From: an uncultured archaeon
GTDB taxonomy: Archaea; Iainarchaeota; Iainarchaeia; Iainarchaeales; 1-14-0-10-31-34
Assembly: GCA_964608675.1 (NCBI GenBank)
Contig: CAZSOZ010000001.1
Coordinates: 64,001-128,000 of the forward strand
Direction of reading: 5' to 3'
DNA: 64,000 nt
Shown here: positions 56,780 through 64,000 of the stretch, piece by piece
Layout: each line of letters begins with the position of its first letter
Position numbering within the stretch: the first letter of the stretch is position 1
Program-made: the position numbers and the translations under genes
Notes under the pieces: model-generated
What the model was told of the DNA's origin: nothing
Databases searched by the model: none
Seen by the model: only the letters and a program-made list of their open reading frames with translations

Positions 56780-58170
56780 AAAAATTTTGAAATATGCTTT
56801 GAAACTCCCGACCCATACTGCAAGGCTTTTTTTTTCTTTAAAGCAATTTCTTCAGGAAGACCTAAATCCAAAGCAAGCTTTCTTAAAATTCTTTTCCTCA
56901 AAAAATCATCAGAAGAAAAAATTTTCTGATTAACAGGAATCCTCATAGAAGTGCATACAAGATTTTTATCTAAAAAAGGAAGCCTGTGCTCTAAATTAAA
57001 ATGCATAGAAACAAGATCTTCACGGTAAAGGTTTCTGCTCCACAAATTAAAAATTGAATGCCAGATTTCACTCTGAACTTTATTCAAAGGAACCTTGGAA
57101 TAAGAATGATAGCCTCCAAAAATTTCATCAGAACCTTGCCCTGAAAAAATTACCTGAAAACCTTTTTTATGTACTAATTCACAAACTGCGTATTCAGGAA
57201 CAGTCAACTGCAACTGCATTTCATCAAAAAAAGAAAGCAAAGAAAGAGACTTCAAAGAAAGATGCATTAATTCATCTTTTTCAATGACTCTAGTATGAAG
57301 CTTTAAATCAAGTTTTTCTGCGGCTTTAACAGCAGAAACCAAATCATGAGAATCCTGCATTCCAACAGAAAACAATTCTGTTTCAGGAACAACAGAAGAA
57401 ACAGCTTTTGCAATAACACTTGAATCAACTCCTCCGGAAAAAAGAATTCCTGTTTTCTTAACATTCCTTGAACGCAAAAAAACTGAATCAAAAAAAGATT
57501 TCTTTAAATCAAAAAAAGAAGCCTTTTGAGAACAATTTTTTTTAAATAAATCAAAAGAAAAAATTTTTTTTATTTGAATTCCGTTTTCAGACAAAATCAA
57601 AAGGCTTCCGGGAAGCAAAGGCAAAGGAAAATTAATGTTCATTTTCTTTAAAGGTTTTGGTTCAGAAGCAAACGCAATAAAAGAATCGTTTTCTCCAAAC
57701 CAAACAGGTTTTATTCCCAAAATGTCTCTGAAAACAAAAATTTTTTTATTAAAAGTAAAAGCAACAGCATATTCGCCGTTTGCTTTACTCATAAAATTTT
57801 TAATTGCTTTTTCCGGAGAACTTTTTTTTAGTTTGCTTTCAAAAAATTCTTTTACAAAAATTGTATCTGATTCTGATTCAGAAAACTCAAAAAAATTATA
57901 TATTTCTCCATTAAAAACAAGAGAATTTTTTTGGAATTCAACCGGCTGAGGATGACAGCCGTTAATTGGCATCAAAGAATGAGCTATTCCAAACGAACCC
58001 TTAAGAAAATTCTTTCTTAAAGAAGAAAGAGTTTTTGCATGAACAGTTTTTCCGTTAACTGAAAGCCCAAAAAATTTGTTTCCACGGTGCCTTAAATCAA
58101 ACAATAATTCCATTAAATAATCAAAAACGTTTTCTTTTTTTTTTGAAATGACTCCTGAAATAGAACACAT
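56776..58170 (-). CDS. asnB: Asparagine synthetase B-like glutamine amidotransferase
   Basis: N-terminal MCSI (Ntn Cys), HRG, FNGEIYN, RDILGIKP, FSGGVDSS, SGQGSDEIFGGY, RLPFLD. Confidence 0.85.
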   Translation of the reverse strand: MCSISGVISKKKENVFDYLMELLFDLRHRGNKFFGLSVNGKTVHAKTLSSLRKNFLKGSFGIAHSLMPINGCHPQPVEFQKNSLVFNGEIYNFFEFSESESDTIFVKEFFESKLKKSSPEKAIKNFMSKANGEYAVAFTFNKKIFVFRDILGIKPVWFGENDSFIAFASEPKPLKKMNINFPLPLLPGSLLILSENGIQIKKIFSFDLFKKNCSQKASFFDLKKSFFDSVFLRSRNVKKTGILFSGGVDSSVIAKAVSSVVPETELFSVGMQDSHDLVSAVKAAEKLDLKLHTRVIEKDELMHLSLKSLSLLSFFDEMQLQLTVPEYAVCELVHKKGFQVIFSGQGSDEIFGGYHSYSKVPLNKVQSEIWHSIFNLWSRNLYREDLVSMHFNLEHRLPFLDKNLVCTSMRIPVNQKIFSSDDFLRKRILRKLALDLGLPEEIALKKKKALQYGSGVSKHISKFF

Positions 58171-58269
58171 AATATAAAAAAGCTGAAAAAAAGAATTAAA
58201 AAAAGGTGTTTAGGAAAAAAACTAACAAAATAAAAAACAAATTAAAAAAGTCGGTGAAAAGAATCTTTT

Positions 58270-58482
58270 ATGAAAGAAAAAACAAGATTGTTGTTTGCTT
58301 TAACTGCAATTTTTGTTATAGCAATGATAATCATTGCATTTGGAAGCTTTCTGGAAGAAACACCAAAAGACAAAATTGCGCCAAACACAACTTCAATTAA
58401 AATACCAAAAGAAAAAATGGGCAGTCTTTCACTTCAAAAAGAAGGAAACCAAAACGAATTCATAGAAGACAAACTAAAGTGA
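58270..58482 (+). CDS. Small single-TM membrane protein
   Basis: 70 aa with one hydrophobic helix; GGTGA upstream. Confidence 0.55.
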   Translation: MKEKTRLLFALTAIFVIAMIIIAFGSFLEETPKDKIAPNTTSIKIPKEKMGSLSLQKEGNQNEFIEDKLK

Positions 58483-60243
58483 ATAATAATACTCTCCTTT
58501 TAGCTTTTGCTCTTTGTCTTTAATTGAATTCAGTTTGTTTGCTCTGGGCCGGCCTGTTTCAGGATCCCGTCTGAAAGAAACATTCATTTCCTTCAAGAAA
58601 AAATTCATGCCTGAATGCATTTCCTGAGGCGAAAAAGCTTTTCCTTCAACAGAAGTGGTTCCCTGAAAAACAATTAATCTGTCAGAAATGTAATCAATAA
58701 ACAAAACATCATGATCTACAATCAAAGCAGTTTTTCCTTTCTTTTCAATAATGCTTCTTATGGCATCAGCAATCTTTAATCTGTCTTCAACATCAACAAA
58801 AGCAGACGGTTCATCCAAAAGATAAAGCCCTGCTTCCCTGCTTAAACAAAAAGCAACCGCGATTTTTTGGAGTTCTCCTCCGCTTAAATTCTTTAAATTT
58901 GAATCCATTAAAGAATCCAAAGAAAACTTTTTTTTGAATTCAGAATTAAATGTTTCTTTGTTTATTTCAGGCAAAGAAAACAATTCCCTTACAGTCTTGT
59001 TTTCTGTTTTCAACTGCTGGGGTTTAAATGAAATCTTTAAATTTAAATCAAGTTCTGTGTTGTCGGGCTTAATTTTTCCTGCAAGAATTTTAACAAAAGT
59101 TGTTTTTCCTAAAGCATTTCCTCCGACTATGCCTATTACTTCTCCCTGCCGTAAACTTCCTGCTTCACTTTTCAAGCTAAAACCAGAAAACTTTTTTTCA
59201 ATTGAAGGATACTCAAAAAAAACAGTTGTTTTTCTGCTTTTAGCAGGAGGCTTTACTTCAAAACTTAATTCTTTGTCTCTAAACCTTATGTTTTCATCTT
59301 TAAGATAACCGTTCAAAAACTCGTTTATTCCATTTTTAGAGCTTTTAACTGAACTGACAACACCATAAATTCCAGGAGAACCATAAAAAATGTTAATGTA
59401 GTCGCTTAAATAATCCAAAACAGCCAAATCGTGTTCTACAAGCATAACGCTTTTATTTGATTCAGCAACAAAATTAACTGCTTTAGCCATTTTCAGTCTT
59501 TGCTTTATATCTAAAAAAGAAGAAGGCTCGTCAAAAAAATAGTAGTCGGCTTTCTTTAATATTGCTGCAGCCACAGCAAGCCTTTGAAGTTCTCCTCCTG
59601 AAAGATTTTTTATTTCCTTTGAAAGAATAGGAGTTAATTCAAGCAAATCAATTAATTCATTCAAAGCATTTCTTTCATCAATTTTTTTCAGTAAATCAAT
59701 TACTTTGCCTTTAACTTTTTTTGGAATCAATTCAATTCTTTGCGGTTTAAAAGAAAGAACTGGGTTTTTTTTAATTGAATTAAAAAAATTCATTAATTCT
59801 TTTCCTTTGAATTTCTGAATCACTTTTTGCATTGAAGGTTTTTCTTCAAGGCTTCCTAAATTAGGAGTTAATTCATGAGACAAAATTTTTAAGACCGTTG
59901 ATTTTCCTATTGCATTTTTTCCAATTAAGCCTGCAACCGAAGACTTTATAGGAACAGGCAAATTATATAAACGAAAACCGTTTTTTGAATACTGATGAAT
60001 AGGTTCATCTAATTCAGATGGCTTGTTTATAATTGAAATTGCATTAAAAGGACATTTCATTGCACAAATCTGACAGCCAATACACAATTCTTCAGAAATT
60101 TCCGGTAAATTGGATTCATTTTCAGTAATACATTCCTTGTTTGTTCTGTTCACAGGACAAACCCTAATACACAAAAAATTTCCGCATTCCTGAGGATGAC
60201 ATTTATCATAATCAATTACAGCAATTCTTTTCTTTAAAGCCAT
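58474..60243 (-). CDS. ABCE1/Rli1 ribosome recycling ATPase
   Basis: N-terminal Fe-S Cys cluster (C..C...CP; CIGCQICAMKCP), two ABC cassettes with LSGGELQ, FRRDPETGRPRANK. Confidence 0.96.
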   Translation of the reverse strand: MALKKRIAVIDYDKCHPQECGNFLCIRVCPVNRTNKECITENESNLPEISEELCIGCQICAMKCPFNAISIINKPSELDEPIHQYSKNGFRLYNLPVPIKSSVAGLIGKNAIGKSTVLKILSHELTPNLGSLEEKPSMQKVIQKFKGKELMNFFNSIKKNPVLSFKPQRIELIPKKVKGKVIDLLKKIDERNALNELIDLLELTPILSKEIKNLSGGELQRLAVAAAILKKADYYFFDEPSSFLDIKQRLKMAKAVNFVAESNKSVMLVEHDLAVLDYLSDYINIFYGSPGIYGVVSSVKSSKNGINEFLNGYLKDENIRFRDKELSFEVKPPAKSRKTTVFFEYPSIEKKFSGFSLKSEAGSLRQGEVIGIVGGNALGKTTFVKILAGKIKPDNTELDLNLKISFKPQQLKTENKTVRELFSLPEINKETFNSEFKKKFSLDSLMDSNLKNLSGGELQKIAVAFCLSREAGLYLLDEPSAFVDVEDRLKIADAIRSIIEKKGKTALIVDHDVLFIDYISDRLIVFQGTTSVEGKAFSPQEMHSGMNFFLKEMNVSFRRDPETGRPRANKLNSIKDKEQKLKGEYYYSL

Positions 60244-60295
60244 AATAAGAATAGAATTGAAAAGAATTAAAAAGAATTTTAAGTAAAAATCTTTA

Positions 60296-61333
60296 ATGAA
60301 AAAATTAAAGATAGATAAAAAAAACAATGTAATTGAATTGATTCCAGAAAACATTGATGATTTATGGTATTTAGAAAGAATACTTGAAAAAGGCGATTTA
60401 GTCAGCGGAAGCTCTGAAAGAAAAATAAAATCAGAAGAAGGAAGAAAAGCACAAAAAATAGTTATTTGGACAGAAATAGAAGCAGAAAAAATAGAATTTC
60501 ATGAAAACTACCAAAATTTAAGGGTTTCAGGGCCAATGAAAGCAATGAAACCAGAAGAATTTTTTGAATCAGACGCCTTCCATTCACTTGAATTTGGATT
60601 AAAAGACAAAATAAAAATTAAAAAAAAGAAAATAAAAGAATATCAAATAAACACCATAGAAAAAGCAGTGAAAAATTCAGGAAGAAATCAAATGCTTTTA
60701 ATAGTAATGGATGACGAAGAAGCAACAATAGCAGAAGCAAGCGAAAAAGGAATAAAAACAAAAACAGTAATAAAATCAGGAAAACAAGGAAAACGATTCA
60801 AACAAGAAAAAGGAAAAGAAAACAAATACTTTGAAGAAATAACCCAAAAAATTCAATCAGAAAAAAAAGAAAAAATAATTATTGCAGGTCCAGGATTCAC
60901 AAAAAACGAATACAAAAAGTTTCTGGAAAACAAAAACATTAAATTCAACGCAATATTTGAATCCATTAATTCAGTTGGAAAAACAGGATTAAATGAATTA
61001 ATAAAAAAAGGAATAATAGAAAAAATTCTTCATGAAAGCATGCTCATAAAAGAAAACAAAAAAATGGAAGAAATAATAAAAGAAGCAGGAAAAAAAAATT
61101 CTTTAATTGAATACGGAGAAAAAGAAATAAAAAAACACGCAGAAAAAGGCACAATAGAAGAATTAATTATATCAGACAAAAAATTTTTTCAAGAAAGAGA
61201 AAAAACACAGGAAATTATAGAAAAAGTAGAAGAATTCAAAGGAAAAATAATGATTTTTTCATCAGAACACGAAGCAGGAGAATACTTGAACGGCTTCGGA
61301 GGAATAATAGCAATACTCAGATTCAGAGAATAA
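60296..61333 (+). CDS. pelA: Pelota/Dom34 mRNA surveillance protein
   Basis: PENIDDLWYL, LRVSG, FHSL, AGPGF, SSEHEAG..L.GFGGIIAILRF. Confidence 0.93.
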   Translation: MKKLKIDKKNNVIELIPENIDDLWYLERILEKGDLVSGSSERKIKSEEGRKAQKIVIWTEIEAEKIEFHENYQNLRVSGPMKAMKPEEFFESDAFHSLEFGLKDKIKIKKKKIKEYQINTIEKAVKNSGRNQMLLIVMDDEEATIAEASEKGIKTKTVIKSGKQGKRFKQEKGKENKYFEEITQKIQSEKKEKIIIAGPGFTKNEYKKFLENKNIKFNAIFESINSVGKTGLNELIKKGIIEKILHESMLIKENKKMEEIIKEAGKKNSLIEYGEKEIKKHAEKGTIEELIISDKKFFQEREKTQEIIEKVEEFKGKIMIFSSEHEAGEYLNGFGGIIAILRFRE

Positions 61334-61385
61334 AAAAAAAAGCAAAATTATAAAAGCAAAGAACACATAATCATTACGTGATTAA

Positions 61386-61766
61386 ATGGTTCTGCCAATA
61401 AGCGAACTGCATTTCTTACTGCTGACTATTTCAATGCTTTTAATGGTTATATCCTCTTACTGGATATGGAAAACTAAAAGAAGTTTTACAGAAGGAAGCC
61501 TGAACAAATTCATTAAATGGCTTTCATCAGCAGTGTTCATTCTTGCAGTCAATTTTGTAATTCACTTTTTTCTTCAGACAACAGGATTCATAAAAGGAGA
61601 ATTCCTTTATTATACATGCTATTCATTCTTTATACTTTCAGCATTTTGTTTTGCAAGAGCCTCAATGTATTTGGATGAATTATACAAAGAAAGCGATTTC
61701 ATGAGTTTAGTTAAAGAAAAAATGCAGAACCAGACAGAAGAATTCTTTGAAGAGGCAAAAATATGA
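61386..61766 (+). CDS. Small three-TM membrane protein
   Basis: Three hydrophobic helices; GTGA SD; overlaps next gene by 4 bp. Confidence 0.7.
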   Translation: MVLPISELHFLLLTISMLLMVISSYWIWKTKRSFTEGSLNKFIKWLSSAVFILAVNFVIHFFLQTTGFIKGEFLYYTCYSFFILSAFCFARASMYLDELYKESDFMSLVKEKMQNQTEEFFEEAKI

Positions 61767-62458
61767 GTTCATTAATTTTCAGTGTAATAATAGACTTATT
61801 TATAGTAATAATAAGCATTCTTCTCATAAAAAAAATAAAGCCAAACAAAGGCAATCTGCTTAATCTTGCTTTTGGAACATTCTGGGCAGGAGTAGCAGGA
61901 ATATACTTTTTTGTTGCATTAACAGACATAAGCGGAATATTTAATTCAGTTTATTTTTCAAAACTTTTTTTTATGCTGGCAGTAATTCTTGCAGCAGTTC
62001 CATTTACAGCACTTTCATTATTTTTAAGTGCAACTACATTAAAAGGAAAAATAGTTTGGATTCTGCCTGCAGTTTCCATTTTAACCGGACTGCTCTACGT
62101 TTATTTTGTGGCAAGCTCTACATTATACGGTCCTTTAATTGAATGGACCCTCAAATACAACATCCTAAAACCAGAAGCAATTGCAATGGCACAATATTCA
62201 GCATACTTTGCTTTTATTTTAATTGCTTTGCTTTCACTGCTGGCATTTAAAGCAAGAAAAACAAGTACTTTTATTCAGTTTAATTCAGTTGCAGTTTCAA
62301 TAGGCTTTTTTTTTATTGGAGGCTATCTTGACCTGCTTGGAACTCAAGGAATAGAAACCGTATTAATGAGAGGACTAATAGTCATCGGAGCATTAATAGG
62401 CTACATTGGATTTAATCCAGGAATAAAATTAATAAAAATTGCACACAAAATAAGCTAG
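61763..62458 (+). CDS. Seven-TM membrane protein (sensor-like, no output domain)
   Basis: About 7 hydrophobic helices across 231 aa. Confidence 0.7.
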   Translation: MSSLIFSVIIDLFIVIISILLIKKIKPNKGNLLNLAFGTFWAGVAGIYFFVALTDISGIFNSVYFSKLFFMLAVILAAVPFTALSLFLSATTLKGKIVWILPAVSILTGLLYVYFVASSTLYGPLIEWTLKYNILKPEAIAMAQYSAYFAFILIALLSLLAFKARKTSTFIQFNSVAVSIGFFFIGGYLDLLGTQGIETVLMRGLIVIGALIGYIGFNPGIKLIKIAHKIS

Positions 62459-62817
62459 TCTTTTAAAAGAAATTCAAACCATTCAATTTTCTTGTTTAAA
62501 ATCAATTGTTTTATTTTTTTCTGCTTTTGAGACAAAGAAGACTTATTTGACTTAAATTCACAGAAAACAATTTTATCTTCACAAAAAACTATTCCATCAA
62601 TAGGATTGCCCAAAAACCTGAAATCAGATGAATCAAAAGGAAAACCAGAAGAAAAAGGAATCCATTGTTCAGTTAATTTTCCATATTTAACGCTCTGAGA
62701 TTTCTTCAAAAAATGTAATTCAGTTAATTCTTCTTTCAGGTTTTCATATCTTGAATAAAAAAAATAAATTAAAACAAAAGAAACCAAAAGCAAAACAAAC
62801 AAAAACAATTCAATCAT
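62455..62817 (-). CDS. Membrane-anchored PD-(D/E)xK nuclease (Holliday junction resolvase-related)
   Basis: N-terminal TM, G...EQ..P, DFRFLGNPIDGIVF, IVFCEFKS, LSQKQ. Confidence 0.85.
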   Translation of the reverse strand: MIELFLFVLLLVSFVLIYFFYSRYENLKEELTELHFLKKSQSVKYGKLTEQWIPFSSGFPFDSSDFRFLGNPIDGIVFCEDKIVFCEFKSNKSSLSQKQKKIKQLILNKKIEWFEFLLKD

Positions 62818-62857
62818 TTAAACCAAAACAAACTAGAAAGAAAGAAAATAAAAAACA

Positions 62858-64000
62858 TTAAGAAAGTTTCTTAGAAACAAAAAATCCATCATTTTTATAG
62901 CCTAAATTCCAGTAATACTCTCTTGCGCCAACTCCTGAAATAACAATCATTTTATTGAAATTGTTTTCTAAAGCGATTTCTTCTGCTTTATTCAATAAAA
63001 TTTTTCCAAAACCTTTATGCTGGAATTCTCTGCCTAAAGGAGGAACCTTTAAAGGCAGGGCTTTAGAATAAACATGGAGTTCCCGGATTAAAGCAGTTTT
63101 GTTTGTTATTTCTTTTCTGAAAGGCTTAAAAGGAAAACGCATTCTGCAAAAACCAAACAAAGAATTCTTTGATTCAAGAGAAATAAAAAATTCTGTTCCG
63201 TTTGAAGCAGAATACTCTTCAATTAAAATTTTTGGTTTTCCGGATGATTCAGGGTTTCTTCCTGCTTCCCTGCATCTAATACAGGAACACTTCCAGCCAT
63301 GTTTTTTCATTTCCTTTTCAATTAACTGCCTTAAATTAGTGTGTTTTACTCCTGCAGAAACAACAGTGGAAGGAATATCCCTTTGAATCCTCATAATTCT
63401 AGTGTATTTAGGAACAAAACATTTCATTTTAGCAATCAACTTTGCTGCTTTTTTAGTTGAATAAGGACTGAATTCATTTTTTTTCCACAAATCATATAAT
63501 TCAGTTCCCTTAATTACAATGCACGGATAAATTTTCAGCATGTCAGGCTTGAAATCAGAATCAGAAAAAATTTTCTTAAAAACCTTTAAGTCTTCTTTAG
63601 GAGAAGAAAAAGGAAGCCCCGGCATTAAATGATAAGCAAACTTAAAAGAAGAATCCCTTAACAAAGAAGTTGCATTAACTACATCTTCAACAGAATGATT
63701 CCTGTGAATTTTTTCGTAAATTTTTTGATTCAAAGTCTGAACACCCAGTTCGACTCTTGTTCCCCCAAAAGAAAGCATTCTGTTAATTTCCTTTTTTCCA
63801 CAGAAATCAGGACGAGTTTCAAAAGTAATTCCAATAAACCTGTTTTCAGCAAACTGAGCTTTCTCTATTGCTTTATTCAAAGAAAAAGATTTAGAATCAT
63901 TAACTGCATTAAAACAATCCAGCATAAATTTTTTTTGATAAGACAAAGGAGCAGCAGGAAAAGTTCCCCCCATAACAATTAATTCAATTTTCTGAGTTGA
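62858..64000 (-). CDS. elp3: Elp3 tRNA U34 modification radical SAM/GNAT enzyme (partial, start lies beyond right edge)
   Basis: MGGTF, ETRPD, RVELGVQT, LKIYP, RIQRDIP, CIRCREAG, IRELHVY, QHKGFG, ISGVGAREYY. Confidence 0.95.
   Translation of the reverse strand, partial: STQKIELIVMGGTFPAAPLSYQKKFMLDCFNAVNDSKSFSLNKAIEKAQFAENRFIGITFETRPDFCGKKEINRMLSFGGTRVELGVQTLNQKIYEKIHRNHSVEDVVNATSLLRDSSFKFAYHLMPGLPFSSPKEDLKVFKKIFSDSDFKPDMLKIYPCIVIKGTELYDLWKKNEFSPYSTKKAAKLIAKMKCFVPKYTRIMRIQRDIPSTVVSAGVKHTNLRQLIEKEMKKHGWKCSCIRCREAGRNPESSGKPKILIEEYSASNGTEFFISLESKNSLFGFCRMRFPFKPFRKEITNKTALIRELHVYSKALPLKVPPLGREFQHKGFGKILLNKAEEIALENNFNKMIVISGVGAREYYWNLGYKNDGFFVSKKLS

Noticed and set aside
58206-58400. 64-aa ORF overlapping 58270..58482
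   Set aside because: Same-strand overlap in another frame; the 70-aa TM-containing ORF has the better start context.
61763-62458. Microbial rhodopsin
   Set aside because: No DxxxK retinal-binding Lys in helix 7 and no RY.DW-type helix C motif.
1977-63982. Numerous Phe/Ser/Leu-rich antisense ORFs in the track (e.g. 5294..5896, 6804..7295, 18004..18561, 41639..42193)
   Set aside because: They lie opposite well-supported genes and reflect reverse-complemented Lys/Glu codons.

Overview
AT-rich (visibly well below 40% GC), gene-dense archaeal chromosomal window using the standard genetic code. Gene content (Orc1/Cdc6, RFC small and large, archaeal PheS/PheT, CDC48, pelota, ABCE1, Elp3, NreA, Nob1-like PIN, topoisomerase IA) and GGTG(A)-type Shine-Dalgarno sites suggest a DPANN archaeon, possibly Iainarchaeota/Diapherotrites (inference). 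No rRNA, tRNA, CRISPR array or transposase was seen. The main accessory feature is an expanded type IV/Tad-like pilus system: ATPase, two TadC-like proteins, five tandem 46-56 aa mini-pilins missing from the ORF track, an EppA-like peptidase, an embedded glycosylation cassette and satellite pilin clusters, about 17 class III signal peptide genes in total. Other points: a 43-bp duplication of the rfcS 3' end around a 65-bp double-hairpin insert, an apparently inactive NrdD-like protein, a PheS with an extra N-terminal wHTH, a GC-rich intergenic hairpin, a DtxR/MntR-like operator, and strong strand-specific compositional bias. All calls come from reading motifs by eye; no database search was run.
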